This document shows, piece by piece, positions 1 to 10,911 of a stretch of 64,000 nucleotides of DNA; position 1 is the stretch's first letter, and every line of letters starts with the position of its first letter. A model generated the notes under the pieces. That model saw only the letters and a program-made list of their open reading frames with translations. It was not told where the DNA came from and did not search any database. Position numbers and translations under genes: made by a program. Source of the stretch: Gammaproteobacteria bacterium (GTDB taxonomy: Bacteria; Pseudomonadota; Gammaproteobacteria; Eutrophobiales; Eutrophobiaceae); contig CBDCTH010000012.1 of assembly GCA_965222155.1 (NCBI GenBank), positions 1,408,001-1,472,000 of the forward strand, read 5' to 3'.

Positions 1-33
1 ATCAGTCTGCAGAGAATAACGAGGAAAGCACTC

Positions 34-1284
34 ATGAATCTGATACGTCATCATACATTGCCCGTAAACAGCGAGACCGTACATTGGGGTTATTTCAGCA
101 AAGATATTGAGCCCAGGCTGACCGCCGCATCGGGTGATTTCATCACCATCGAAACATTGACCCATCACGCCAATGACGACGCTTCACTGATGGTTGATGG
201 TGATCCGGGCGCAGAGAGCGTATTCCGCTGGACCAGGGATCACAAAAGCGTTGACCGGCGTGGAGCGGGGCCTATGGATGCGTCGCTGTTTGGCCGCGGT
301 GCGGGTGAAGGACTTGGGGTGCATCTGTTGACAGGGCCGGTTTATATCGAGGGGGCCGAACCGGGTGATATCCTGGAGGTCCGCATCCTTGACGTCAGAC
401 TCCGTCCCAGCGCCAATCCCGATCACCCGGGTAAAGCCTTCGGCAGCAATGCCGCCGCCTGGTGGGGCTACCAGTACAACGATTTGATCACCGAACCCAA
501 ACCACGCGAAGTAATCACAATCTATGAGATCGACGCAACCGGACAACGCCCCTGGGCCAGGGCATTGTATAACTTCCGCTGGACGCCGCAGACCGACCCG
601 TTCGGCGTAGAGCATGCCACTATCGATTACCCCGGAGTGCCGGTAAACCATGATACGATCAAGAAAAACAGTTCGATTTTATCCGGAGTGCGGATACCTA
701 CCCGCCTGCACTTCGGCGCCATAGGGTTGGCGGCGGCGGAAGCAGATATCGTAGACTCCATCCCACCAAGCTACTTTGGCGGCAACATCGACAACTGGCG
801 TATCGGCAAGGGCACTAGCATGTATTACCCGGTAGCAGTCCCTGGCGGTCTTCTGAGCGTCGGCGACCCGCACGCCGGCCAGGGCGACTCCGAGTTGGCA
901 GGCACGGCAATCGAAACCTCGCTGACCGGCGATTTTCAGATCGTCCTGCACAAAAAAAATCTACTCAGCGGGACCTTGTTACAGGGATTGGACTATCCGC
1001 TGTTGGAGACGGGCACCGAGTACATCGTTCACGGCTTCAGTTATGCCAACTACCTGGCCGAGCTTGGCGATGCGGCGCAGAGCGAGATATTTAAAAAATC
1101 CTCAGTTGACAATGCCATGCGCGATGCGTTCCGCAAGATGCGTAAATTCCTGATGGACACAAAAGGCTTGAGCGAAGATGAAGCGATTACCCTGATGTCA
1201 GTGGCAGCAGACTTTGGCGTGACGCAGGTGGTTGATGGCAACTGGGGCGTGCATGGCATCATTCAGAAAGGGATTTTTCCTTAA
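34..1284 (+). CDS. Acetamidase/formamidase family protein
   Basis: Motifs VHWGYF, HLLTGPVYIEGAEPGD, GGNIDN, SVGDPHAGQGDSELAGTAIE; RBS GAGGA upstream. Confidence 0.88.
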   Translation: MNLIRHHTLPVNSETVHWGYFSKDIEPRLTAASGDFITIETLTHHANDDASLMVDGDPGAESVFRWTRDHKSVDRRGAGPMDASLFGRGAGEGLGVHLLTGPVYIEGAEPGDILEVRILDVRLRPSANPDHPGKAFGSNAAAWWGYQYNDLITEPKPREVITIYEIDATGQRPWARALYNFRWTPQTDPFGVEHATIDYPGVPVNHDTIKKNSSILSGVRIPTRLHFGAIGLAAAEADIVDSIPPSYFGGNIDNWRIGKGTSMYYPVAVPGGLLSVGDPHAGQGDSELAGTAIETSLTGDFQIVLHKKNLLSGTLLQGLDYPLLETGTEYIVHGFSYANYLAELGDAAQSEIFKKSSVDNAMRDAFRKMRKFLMDTKGLSEDEAITLMSVAADFGVTQVVDGNWGVHGIIQKGIFP

Positions 1285-1357
1285 CCGTCAGAGGATACGG
1301 TGTTCCCTACCGATATGACGTTAACCGGTGTGAGAATGGAGTTAAATCATTAAGCCA

Positions 1358-3472
1358 ATGAAACTCTACTGTATTCCATGCATCTTATATTTGTCGATAA
1401 ATCTATGTTCAGCCGATAACAGTTATACAACCTGGGAAACCTATGGTGGCGATAAGCGTAACACCAGATACTCTTCGCTGGACCAGATCAACATAAGCAA
1501 TATAAACCGGCTGCAGGTTGCCTGGCGATATTCAACAGGTGATGCTGAAGAGCGGGGCACGCAAATCCAGTGTAATCCCATTGTGGTTGAAGGGAAGTTA
1601 TACGCTACATCACCGAAACTTAAAGTCTTCGCACTGAACGCAGCGACAGGGGAGTTGATATGGCGTTTTGATCCGTTTAAGGGCGCCAGTACCGGGCAGG
1701 GTATCAATCGAGGCCTTTCCTATTGGCATAGCAATGCGGATAAACGAATCCTGTTTGGCGCCGGCCCTTATTTGTATGCGTTGAATGCTGATAATGGAAA
1801 GCTGATTAATAACTTTGGGGAAGATGGAAGAGTGGACCTGCGTAAAGGCCTCGATCGTAATCCACAGGAACAGCAAGTCGATATCACGACCCCGGGCATA
1901 ATTTATAAGGACCTCATAATCCTGGGATCAAGAACCGGCGAAACGCCGGGAGCGGCGCCGGGACATATCCGTGCTTATGATGTGAATACAGGAAGAATGG
2001 AATGGATATTTCATACCATTCCACACCCGGGCGAGTTTGGTTATGAGACGTGGTCACCGGATTCCTGGCAAAAAGTCGGAGGGGCCAATGCCTGGGCTGG
2101 AATGAGCCTGGACGAGGAAAACGGCATCGTCTTTGTGCCGACCGGTTCGCCGTCCTATGATTTTTATGGCGGCAATCGTGTCGGTGATAACCTGTTTGCC
2201 AACAGCCTGGTTGCATTAAAAGCCGACACAGGTGAACGGCTCTGGCATTTTCAGACAGTCCATCATGATTTATGGGATCGGGACCTTGCTTCGCCACCTA
2301 ATCTTGTAACAGTTATACACGATGGCAAATCAATTGACGCTGTTGCCCAGGTAACCAAGTCAGGCTTCATATATCTGTTTAACAGGTTCAACGGAACACC
2401 GCTGTTCCCTGTTGAGGAACGGCAGGTGAGAAATTCTGATGTCCCTGGCGAAGTGACATCACCGACCCAACCCGTACCGCTCAAGCCACCACCATTTACA
2501 CGACAAAGTTTCACGATTAAGGATGTAACTGATATTTCAGAACGTGCACGGTTGTATACAAAAACTCAACTGATGAATATGCGCTCCGGGGAACCGTTTA
2601 TTCCTCCCGCTATCACAAAAGATACAATCATGTATCCCGGATTCGACGGCGGTGCGGGGTGGGGAGGGGCAGCTTATGACCCGGTGTCCAATCTGCTCTA
2701 TGTGAATGCAACCGAATTGCCCTGGTCCTTTGAACTGGTCGATATCACTGATGCCACACACAACCCCGGTAAGACAATTTATCTGAAATATTGTGCCGGC
2801 TGCCATGGAATTAATCGGGAAGGCATGGGTAAGGACTTCCCGTCGCTGCAAAATGTGGGAGAGAAGCTGTCTTATCCTGTTATTGCAGCAATCATAAGAA
2901 ATGGTAAAGGCCGCATGCAGGGCCTTCCGCAACTGGGATTTGAAAATATATTATTGCTGCTCGACTATCTGAATGTAACGGATGTGGACACAACCGGGGG
3001 AAGCCTGAATGAATCTCCAGCTGAAATTAAACTGGATGTTCCTTATCTTCATACCGGATATAAAAGGTTGCTGGACCCTGATGGCTATCCGGGCATTAAA
3101 CCTCCATGGGGAACGTTAACTGCGATAGATTTGAACCTGGGCGCCATTGTGTGGCAAGTCCCGTTGGGGGAATACCCGGATCTGGTTAAACAGGGAATAC
3201 GACATACGGGGACAGAAAACTATGGAGGTCCTGTTGTGACAAAAGGAGGTTTGGTTTTTATTGCTTCGACAATGGATGAAAAGTTACGCGCATTCAATAA
3301 GACCACGGGAGAAGTTGTTTGGGATTACCAATTATCGGCAGGCGGGTTCGCTACACCCGCCACTTATGAGGTTGACGGTGAACAATTTATCGTGATCGCG
3401 GCAGGAGGCGGTAAATCCGGATTGAAATCCGGAGACGAGTACATTGCATTTTCACTTCAGGATAATTTGTGA
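1358..3472 (+). CDS. PQQ-dependent (glucose/quinate-type) dehydrogenase with inserted c-type cytochrome domain
   Basis: Signal peptide, W-motif beta-propeller repeats (WETYGG...RYSSLDQIN, WHFQTVHHDLWDRD, YGGPVVTKGGLVF), heme motif CAGCH. Confidence 0.88.
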   Translation: MKLYCIPCILYLSINLCSADNSYTTWETYGGDKRNTRYSSLDQINISNINRLQVAWRYSTGDAEERGTQIQCNPIVVEGKLYATSPKLKVFALNAATGELIWRFDPFKGASTGQGINRGLSYWHSNADKRILFGAGPYLYALNADNGKLINNFGEDGRVDLRKGLDRNPQEQQVDITTPGIIYKDLIILGSRTGETPGAAPGHIRAYDVNTGRMEWIFHTIPHPGEFGYETWSPDSWQKVGGANAWAGMSLDEENGIVFVPTGSPSYDFYGGNRVGDNLFANSLVALKADTGERLWHFQTVHHDLWDRDLASPPNLVTVIHDGKSIDAVAQVTKSGFIYLFNRFNGTPLFPVEERQVRNSDVPGEVTSPTQPVPLKPPPFTRQSFTIKDVTDISERARLYTKTQLMNMRSGEPFIPPAITKDTIMYPGFDGGAGWGGAAYDPVSNLLYVNATELPWSFELVDITDATHNPGKTIYLKYCAGCHGINREGMGKDFPSLQNVGEKLSYPVIAAIIRNGKGRMQGLPQLGFENILLLLDYLNVTDVDTTGGSLNESPAEIKLDVPYLHTGYKRLLDPDGYPGIKPPWGTLTAIDLNLGAIVWQVPLGEYPDLVKQGIRHTGTENYGGPVVTKGGLVFIASTMDEKLRAFNKTTGEVVWDYQLSAGGFATPATYEVDGEQFIVIAAGGGKSGLKSGDEYIAFSLQDNL

Positions 3473-3528
3473 TCCAACAAACTTGGTTTGACAATACAAT
3501 ATCGGGTAGCCTGCGTTGATTAAAATAT

Positions 3529-4839
3529 CTATTGTGATGATTTAGCTTTATTCCAGAACCTTTCATAAATAAAGACAGAGCCAAAGATAACCAGGAGAAA
3601 CAAGGGAAGAATCGCGATTGTTTGAAAGGTCTCTTCCGCGGCAGCACGAGAAACCAGATCCAATTGAGAACCGCTGAGCTCTGCTAAAACCCGCTCACCA
3701 CCTGCTGCATGTAATTTGGCTTTGTCATAAATAGCGCCGAATTGCGGCAGAATGAAATGGATAGACAAGGCGCCGGCCGTGCCTATGAGCCCAATTGTCC
3801 AGGGGCCACCGCGTGGATAGCGTTCAGCCGCCTGGGCCAACATGGTCGGCCACATAAAGCAAACTCCGGCACCCCAAAATGTCGCTGCAACGATAGCACT
3901 GGCAGGTGATGTGGCTACGCTGAGAAGATAAAGGCCTATTGCAGCAAGCAGGCTGGAACACCATAATAATCCTACCGGAGAGAGAAAGTGTGAGAGCGGC
4001 CCGGCAAAGTGGCGGAACACAAACATCATGCTACTTACGTAGACTAATATGATAATACCTTGCATCCCGACCGTTTGAGAAAGGATGAGTTCAACCAGTT
4101 GTCCTGGTGCAAGCTCTGAAGCAGCGGTCAGAAACATGGCGCCAAACCAGATGAAAAAACTCGGTCGGCGAACTATTTCATACACCATATCCCTGAAACT
4201 AACCCCGGACTGCACTCGCTGTGTCTGTGGGAATTCTGATATAAGGCTGAGACACGTCGTTGCGATGGCAGGCAGTATCAGCGCACTGAGTACAATACGC
4301 CAGTCCAGAGCCATCGAATCGGCAAACAATGCCCAAAGCCCGCCTATCACCAATCCGGCAGGCCACCAGGCATGCAACACGTTGATGCGATGAGTCGTGT
4401 CTTTTGGATATATGGTTGCAGCTAACGGGTTGATGGCGGCTTCTACTGAACCCCAACCCAGGCCCTGCAATGCCATGCCGAGCCACACAAGCCGGTAAAC
4501 ACGTTCACCTTCGGCTAGAGAGTCGGAAAAAATCACCAACAATGCCCCAGCGCTGAAAGCAATTCCGGAGAACGATAACATCCGGCGAATACCGATAAAG
4601 TCCAGAGCCAGACTCCCGAAAAACAGGGTGATGGCAAATCCTAAAAAGGAAACTCCAAGCGCCTGGGTCATCAAGGTGACTGAATTTGAGGGATCTATGA
4701 GGCTGAACAGTTCAACTGATATTTCATCCGATACGGCCACCCGTAGTGACAGGCTGATGGCAGCAGATGTCAATGCCAGTATCGCGATCCAGAATAAGAC
4801 AGCGGGCCGCCGCAGCGGTAAGTTTTTCATGTTTGCCAT
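3529..4839 (-). CDS. MFS transporter (sugar/glycoside-associated)
   Basis: About 12 hydrophobic segments; EAAINPL and HAWWPAGLVIGG motifs. Confidence 0.85.
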   Translation of the reverse strand: MANMKNLPLRRPAVLFWIAILALTSAAISLSLRVAVSDEISVELFSLIDPSNSVTLMTQALGVSFLGFAITLFFGSLALDFIGIRRMLSFSGIAFSAGALLVIFSDSLAEGERVYRLVWLGMALQGLGWGSVEAAINPLAATIYPKDTTHRINVLHAWWPAGLVIGGLWALFADSMALDWRIVLSALILPAIATTCLSLISEFPQTQRVQSGVSFRDMVYEIVRRPSFFIWFGAMFLTAASELAPGQLVELILSQTVGMQGIIILVYVSSMMFVFRHFAGPLSHFLSPVGLLWCSSLLAAIGLYLLSVATSPASAIVAATFWGAGVCFMWPTMLAQAAERYPRGGPWTIGLIGTAGALSIHFILPQFGAIYDKAKLHAAGGERVLAELSGSQLDLVSRAAAEETFQTIAILPLFLLVIFGSVFIYERFWNKAKSSQ

Positions 4840-4851
4840 AGATATCGAGAG

Positions 4852-5169
4852 TCAGTCCTTTCCCATGTAGTCTACTTCCATAAAATCCGATACCTCCTTA
4901 AGCCAGCGTTGAATTACGAAGGCCTGGTGAGTGGGGTGATCGTTGTAGGCGTCGTAGGCAGCCTGATTTTCAAATTCCATTGAAAAACCAAAATCGAAAT
5001 CATTCTTTCCACTGACCTCTCTAAGAACCTGAAAGTTCTCAACCTGGGGTATACCGGTCAGAATTCGCTCTGCGTCACGCAAAAAAATCTGTGTTCCAGG
5101 CGCATCCTTTGCATAACGCAGACGAAAGGCAACCGTATGCAGAATGCGTTCTCCGCTTAGCCTGTTCAT
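4852..5169 (-). CDS. Dabb (stress-responsive alpha/beta barrel) family protein
   Basis: ILHTVAFRL, FDFGFSMEFENQAAYDAYNDHPTHQAFV; start moved to ATG 5169, which follows a GAGGA RBS. Confidence 0.85.
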   Translation of the reverse strand: MNRLSGERILHTVAFRLRYAKDAPGTQIFLRDAERILTGIPQVENFQVLREVSGKNDFDFGFSMEFENQAAYDAYNDHPTHQAFVIQRWLKEVSDFMEVDYMGKD

Positions 5170-5225
5170 GCCATCCTCACTCATAGTTATTATATTCCTG
5201 GAATTAGTTGCATTGTCAGGGGGAG

Positions 5226-6386
5226 TCAGAATTCCACCCAGGTGCCGCCAAGATGATTTGACTCGACGCACTTTTCTATGAATCGAACACCTTGTACACC
5301 GTCTTCAACTGTTGGAACCAGCAGGGATGCAGGGTCGGGTTCGCGCTTTTGAATCTTTGCGATGATTTGCTCCGCCGTATCCTTGTACAATTGCGCAAAT
5401 GCCTCCAGATAGCCTTCGGGATGTCCTGCCGGTATGCGCGTGGCCAGTTCGGCAGCTTGTCCCAATTTATTACCAGCTCTTGTCAGCTTCTGTGGCACAC
5501 CTTCTAATGGGTTCCAGAATAAGACATTCGGGTTTTCCTGGTCCCAGACCAAACCTCCCTTTTCCCCATAGATACGTATACGCAGGGCATTTTCGTTGCC
5601 TGGCGCTACCTGACTGGACCATAACATCCCCTTCGCTCCCTTGGTGAAGTGCAGCAACACATGTGCATTATCATCGAGCAGGCGCCCTTCCACAAAGGTA
5701 TGCAGGTCGGCCGCCAGTTCTTCTATTTCAAGCTCTGTGATGAAACAAGCCAGATTGATCGCATGTGTTGCAATATCGCCGACACAGCCCGCCGGGCCGC
5801 TGCGTTTCGGATCAGTGCGCCATTCAGCCTGTTTTTGCCCTTCATCTTCTATTTTGGTTGCCAGCCACCCTTGTGGATACTCCAGTTGTACAACGCGAAT
5901 CCGGCCTAACTCACCTTGCTGTACCATTTCACGCGCATGGCGTACCAGAGGGTAACCGGTATAATTATGCGTCAGCGCGAAAATTAAACCGCTCTTTTTG
6001 ACTAACCCGGCCAGAGATTCGGCATCCTCCAGGCAAGTTGTTAACGGCTTATCACAAATTACATGAATACCTACCTGAAGGAACGCCCTGGCCGCATCGT
6101 AATGGACGTGATTAGGCGTAACAATGGCGACCACGTCTACACCATCGTCCCGTCCCGCTTCGGTACTTGCCATCACCTGAAATGAGTCGTAACACCTTTC
6201 CGGAGCGATAAGTAATTCACTTGCGGACATCCGGTTTCGATCCGAATCAGTAGATAATGCACCCGCTACAAGTTCATATCGATCATCGAGGCGTGCGGCT
6301 ATCCTGTGGACTCCACCGATGAAAGCGCCTTGCCCACCGCCTACCATACCGAGCCGCAGCCGCCTTCCCAGAGTTAATCCTGTCAT
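5226..6386 (-). CDS. Gfo/Idh/MocA family NAD(P)-dependent oxidoreductase
   Basis: LRLGMVGGGQGAFIG, VTPNHVH, CDKPL, GDIATHA motifs. Confidence 0.92.
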   Translation of the reverse strand: MTGLTLGRRLRLGMVGGGQGAFIGGVHRIAARLDDRYELVAGALSTDSDRNRMSASELLIAPERCYDSFQVMASTEAGRDDGVDVVAIVTPNHVHYDAARAFLQVGIHVICDKPLTTCLEDAESLAGLVKKSGLIFALTHNYTGYPLVRHAREMVQQGELGRIRVVQLEYPQGWLATKIEDEGQKQAEWRTDPKRSGPAGCVGDIATHAINLACFITELEIEELAADLHTFVEGRLLDDNAHVLLHFTKGAKGMLWSSQVAPGNENALRIRIYGEKGGLVWDQENPNVLFWNPLEGVPQKLTRAGNKLGQAAELATRIPAGHPEGYLEAFAQLYKDTAEQIIAKIQKREPDPASLLVPTVEDGVQGVRFIEKCVESNHLGGTWVEF

Positions 6387-6407
6387 GGTGGTATCTTTAC
6401 ATGTATT

Positions 6408-7463
6408 TTATGTGAGCCCCAGAAGCCGGCGATTGCCCTCTTCATCAGTCCCGCTATCGGCAAAATCGTCAAAGGAACGCTCCGTTACCCGTATGATATG
6501 TTCCCTGATGAACTCAGCACCTTCCCGGGCGCCATCTTCCGGGTGCTTCAAACAGCACTCCCATTCGAGCACCGCCCAGCCGACGAAATCGTTTGCAGCC
6601 ATTTTTGAAAAGATCGACTTAAAATCAACCTGGCCATCCCCTAAAGAACGAAAACGACCTGCCCGATCTACCCAGGATTGGTAACCGGAATACACCCCCT
6701 GGCGGCCACTGGGATTAAATTCGGCATCCTTGACATGGAAAGCCTTAATTCTTTCCTGATAGATATCAATAAATGACAGGTAATCAAGTTGCTGTAAAAC
6801 GAAGTGGCTTGGATCGTATAAAATGTTACAGCGTGAATGGGAGTTGACTCGTTCCAGAAACATTTCAAAAGACGCTCCATCAAATAAATCTTCACCCGGA
6901 TGGATCTCGTAACACAAATCTACCCCGGCATCGTCAAATACATCCAGTATTGGCAGCCAGCGTTTCGCCAGTTCGTCAAAGGCAGTTTCAACCAGGCCAG
7001 CTGGACGCTGCGGCCAGGGATAGACGTATGGCCATGCCAAAGCCCCTGAAAACGTAGCGTGTGATACCAGTCCAAGATTGGCGGATGCCTTGGCTGCGTT
7101 GTACATCTGTTCTACAGCCCAGCGCTGGCGAGCCGTGGGGTTGCCGCGCACTTCCGGTGCAGCGAAGCCATCGAAAGCAGTATCATAGGCAGGGTGTACA
7201 GCTATTAACTGTCCTTGCAGGTGTGTGGCGAGTTCCGTAATTTCCAGACCATGTTGACCGACAATGCCCTTCACTTCATCACAGTAAGCTTCGCTCTCTG
7301 CCGCTCTCGACAAATCAAATATACGCGTATCCCAGGATGGGATCTGAATACCTTTAAAACCTAATGACGCAGCCCATTCAGTAATGGAATCCAGACTGTT
7401 AAAAGGTGCTTGATCGCCGGCAAATTGCGCAAGGAAAATGGCCGGACCTTTGACTGTTCTCAT
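6408..7463 (-). CDS. Xylose-isomerase-like TIM barrel (sugar phosphate isomerase/epimerase family), cytoplasmic
   Basis: Metal-binding YEIHP, YDPSH, FHVKD, LEWE motifs. Confidence 0.9.
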   Translation of the reverse strand: MRTVKGPAIFLAQFAGDQAPFNSLDSITEWAASLGFKGIQIPSWDTRIFDLSRAAESEAYCDEVKGIVGQHGLEITELATHLQGQLIAVHPAYDTAFDGFAAPEVRGNPTARQRWAVEQMYNAAKASANLGLVSHATFSGALAWPYVYPWPQRPAGLVETAFDELAKRWLPILDVFDDAGVDLCYEIHPGEDLFDGASFEMFLERVNSHSRCNILYDPSHFVLQQLDYLSFIDIYQERIKAFHVKDAEFNPSGRQGVYSGYQSWVDRAGRFRSLGDGQVDFKSIFSKMAANDFVGWAVLEWECCLKHPEDGAREGAEFIREHIIRVTERSFDDFADSGTDEEGNRRLLGLT

Positions 7464-7493
7464 GGATGCTCCCCCTAAATCATTCTCGGCAGA

Positions 7494-7507
7494 CGATAAC
7501 GTTATTG
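7494..7507. promoter_or_regulatory. Possible LacI-family-type operator palindrome in the divergent promoter region
   Basis: cgATAACGTTATtg: perfect 10-bp palindrome with central CG, 30 bp upstream of the minus-strand operon; no cognate regulator in the window. Confidence 0.3.
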
Positions 7508-7760
7508 CGCTGTGATTAAATTATAAGCATAACTTATCAATTATTCGGAAAATTGAGTACATATCAACTAGTATACAGTATTGGAAAACTGGGGCAGACT
7601 CATCTGGATGCCATGAAAAAGTGTACTGGCACTCCGGAATAGTCGCTGTGAATAGCCCCGTAGGCCCTGTTCCACGGGGCTAACTTTTCCGATTGTCTTA
7701 CTGATTGCGGAGTCATTACGATTTTGCAATTGCTGTTAAATGTGAACGAGGGGGGATCAG

Positions 7761-9950
7761 ATGAGCAGCCAAAAGACCAGACCATTGTACTTCACAGGCC
7801 TGATTGTATTCATTATTTCAATTGCTGCTACACCAGCCGCCATAAGCCAGGAGAATGAAAATAATCCTGATACGGGCGTGCTCGAGGAGATAGTGGTCAC
7901 GGCGGAAAAACGCCAGGCCACACTTCAGGACACTGCGATTTCCATCACTGCAGTAACTGGAGACATGATGAGGCGCATGGGCGTGCGCGACATCAGCGAC
8001 CTTATCAGCATGGTGCCTAATATGCGGGTTGCCGACAGTCGCGAGGATTTCATCATCAACGTCAGGGGTATTCAATCCAATAACACGACGGAAGTGGGTG
8101 ACCCCGCAGTCGCGGTACATATCGATGGCGTCTATCGTCCGCGCCCAAGGGGGGCGAGAGCGCTTTTTTTCGATACTGAGCGTGTCGAGGTGTTAAGAGG
8201 CCCCCAGGGAACGATTTACGGGCGAAATGCGACCGCAGGTAATGTCAACATCATTACGAATAAACCGGGAAATGAATTCGATGCATCGGCGGAGGTATCG
8301 TACGGAAACTACGATAATATCAGCGCGACAGGCATGATCAATGTACCGGTAATCGATGATCGGCTCATGCTGCGGGCAGCGGTTCTGACCAATGACCGGG
8401 ACGGTTTCAACATCAACAACCGCGCGGTGAAGTCAATAAAAAATACCAATGATGCCGACCAGTTTGCAGCCCGTGGGCACATCCTGGCAAGACCAACAGA
8501 TAACCTTTCTGTCCTGGTGTCGGCAAACTATCAGGAGATCAGGGGTGTCGGACAATCCAGAGCCTTTCTCAACCTGATTGAAGATCCCGGTAACGAGCGT
8601 GTTTTTTCCCTGGACTCGCAAAATTCAATTGCAATTGATGTGTATGGTATTTCCACCGAGATAAACTGGCAGTTCGGGAATATGGAGATGACATATCTGG
8701 GCGCCCGCCAGGTTGACGATATGAAGAACCAGCTCCAGGACTGTGATCAGACGACACCCATCGGCGCTTTTGCCATATTCAGTGGTGACAGTGTCTGCGA
8801 ATTCGGCCCGTTCTCCCAGGACAGTCAATCCTGGTCCCATGAATTTCGAGTCAATTCAACCGATCCGGATGCGCGGATACGCTGGCTGGGCGGTCTGTAC
8901 TACTTTGACGAAGATCAGGATGCTCACCTGGTGTTCAATCCTAACCCCGGCGGAATCAGCCTGGTTTTTGACCAGCACAGCACCGGATCGCTTACGAAGG
9001 CGGTGTTCGGCCAGGTTGATCTCAGTGTTACGGAGCAGATTGAACTTGTCGGTGGTATTCGCTACACCGATGATGAGAAAGCGCGGTATGGAGAGACCAG
9101 AACCGTTATTGCAGATATTCTGGTAGTTGGAGTAAGTCCGAATATAGGCAAGACCACATCAACGAGCACCGACTGGAAAGCGGGGATCAACTGGCATTTT
9201 TCCGATGACGCATTATATTATTTCAGTGCAGGCACGGGCTACAAGGCGGGCGGTTTCAGTGATGGGGTAGGTTTTCCCTACCTGAAAGAGGATGTGAAAT
9301 CCTATGAAATCGGCGCGAAACACACCTTGCTCGACGGCCGGCTGCAACTGAATACTGCTGTTTTCTACATGGACTATACCGACCTGCAGGTTTCCTCGGT
9401 CGGGACCGGTCCGAATGGTCTGCCAGGGTTGTTTACCAGTAATGCTGCGGCCGCGACAAACTGGGGATTTGAACTGGAAGGCAAAGTCGTACTGGTGGAG
9501 AATGCCCTGCTCGATTTTGCCTTGTCATACCTCGATGCTGAATACGATGAATTCATTACCGACGATCCAACTATCCCCGGATTGACGGCGGAGGACCTCG
9601 CCGGCAAGGACCTGACCAATTCACCCAACTGGACATTAAATATCGGGGCGGAGTATCAGTTCAGTCTTGGCGCGATGGGTACACTCACCCCCCGGATCAA
9701 TTTCTATTTCAATGATGATATGTACCTCAGGGAGTTCAATAAACCGATCGACAAACAGGATTCCTTCACCAAGACGGATATCGTAGTGGGCTATCGCCAC
9801 ACGGGAGGCAACCTCTACGTTGAGGGGTATGTAAACAATGTTGAAAATGAAGACGTGAGGTCATTGATGCAATCTTTCCCCGGCCATGGCCTCCAGTTCC
9901 AGTTGGCTGAGCCCAGGACATACGGAGTACGAATCGGCTACGAGATGTGA
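7761..9950 (+). CDS. TonB-dependent receptor
   Basis: Signal peptide, TonB box LEEIVVTAEKR, ERVEVLRGPQGTIYGRNATAG plug motif, C-terminal PRTYGVRIGYEM. Confidence 0.95.
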   Translation: MSSQKTRPLYFTGLIVFIISIAATPAAISQENENNPDTGVLEEIVVTAEKRQATLQDTAISITAVTGDMMRRMGVRDISDLISMVPNMRVADSREDFIINVRGIQSNNTTEVGDPAVAVHIDGVYRPRPRGARALFFDTERVEVLRGPQGTIYGRNATAGNVNIITNKPGNEFDASAEVSYGNYDNISATGMINVPVIDDRLMLRAAVLTNDRDGFNINNRAVKSIKNTNDADQFAARGHILARPTDNLSVLVSANYQEIRGVGQSRAFLNLIEDPGNERVFSLDSQNSIAIDVYGISTEINWQFGNMEMTYLGARQVDDMKNQLQDCDQTTPIGAFAIFSGDSVCEFGPFSQDSQSWSHEFRVNSTDPDARIRWLGGLYYFDEDQDAHLVFNPNPGGISLVFDQHSTGSLTKAVFGQVDLSVTEQIELVGGIRYTDDEKARYGETRTVIADILVVGVSPNIGKTTSTSTDWKAGINWHFSDDALYYFSAGTGYKAGGFSDGVGFPYLKEDVKSYEIGAKHTLLDGRLQLNTAVFYMDYTDLQVSSVGTGPNGLPGLFTSNAAAATNWGFELEGKVVLVENALLDFALSYLDAEYDEFITDDPTIPGLTAEDLAGKDLTNSPNWTLNIGAEYQFSLGAMGTLTPRINFYFNDDMYLREFNKPIDKQDSFTKTDIVVGYRHTGGNLYVEGYVNNVENEDVRSLMQSFPGHGLQFQLAEPRTYGVRIGYEM

Positions 9951-9954
9951 TTGC

Positions 9955-10911
9955 ATGGACCGAAGAACTTGCATCAAGCTGGCGCTCCTTGCCGCCGGCG
10001 GTTTGCTAAGCAATTCAATACTAGCGCAGCCGTCTACTTCGTCCAGGAGATGGGGTGGAATTCGGGAAAACCTGGGTTTCGAACTATTTACCGTACGTCA
10101 TTTGCTGGCTGAAGACTTCAGAGGCACGCTTGAGGCTATAGCCGCAATCGGGTATCGCGAATTCGAAATGGTTGGTTTCGGCGGATCGATATTCCTTGAT
10201 GACCCTCTATACGGATATACCTCCAGAGAGTTCAGGCAATTGCTTGATGATCTGGGTGTACGCGTGCCTACCGCCCAGTTTTCCGGCCGGGCGGAAAACC
10301 TTGGTGAAATAGCTGCGACGGCGAACGAGATTGGCATCGAATATCTGATACTGGGAATGCCTCCTGAATTTCTGTCAATTACGCCGGATGGAGTGACTGT
10401 ATCCGGTGTTACGGGACTCGACCAGGTCAAACGGATTGTGGACCGTCTGAATGGTCTCGGAGAGACTTTCAGGCAGCATGGAATTGGTTTCGCGTTCCAT
10501 AATCACCATATGGAGTTTGCGTGCGTGGGTGAGCAGACCGCTTATGACTTTATTATGAGACACACTGATTCGGATCTCGTAAAAATGGAATTTGATGCGG
10601 GGTGGGCGGCAGTCGCCGGCGTGGAAGCAGGCGATTATCTTGCCCGTTATCCAGGTAGATTTATCGCAACCCACATGAAAGATTATGATCCACGGCGGCC
10701 ACGGAGTGAGGCATCGGCCCGGTCCCCCATACCGGAGATGACACAACTGGTAACGCCTGGAGACGGCACGGTTAACTTCGGTGCAATAATGGCTGAGATG
10801 GAGCGTACCGGTGTCAGACACGCATACGTGGAAGTCGATCTTCCGGACGATGCGCTGGATACTGCGCGCCGCGCCTACCACTATCTTAGTAACCTCAATT
10901 ATTCCGCATGA
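9955..10911 (+). CDS. Tat-exported xylose-isomerase-like TIM barrel protein
   Basis: Tat signal MDRRTCIKL (start moved to ATG 9955); FHNHHME, MEFDAGW, HMKD, YVEVD metal motifs. Confidence 0.85.
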   Translation: MDRRTCIKLALLAAGGLLSNSILAQPSTSSRRWGGIRENLGFELFTVRHLLAEDFRGTLEAIAAIGYREFEMVGFGGSIFLDDPLYGYTSREFRQLLDDLGVRVPTAQFSGRAENLGEIAATANEIGIEYLILGMPPEFLSITPDGVTVSGVTGLDQVKRIVDRLNGLGETFRQHGIGFAFHNHHMEFACVGEQTAYDFIMRHTDSDLVKMEFDAGWAAVAGVEAGDYLARYPGRFIATHMKDYDPRRPRSEASARSPIPEMTQLVTPGDGTVNFGAIMAEMERTGVRHAYVEVDLPDDALDTARRAYHYLSNLNYSA

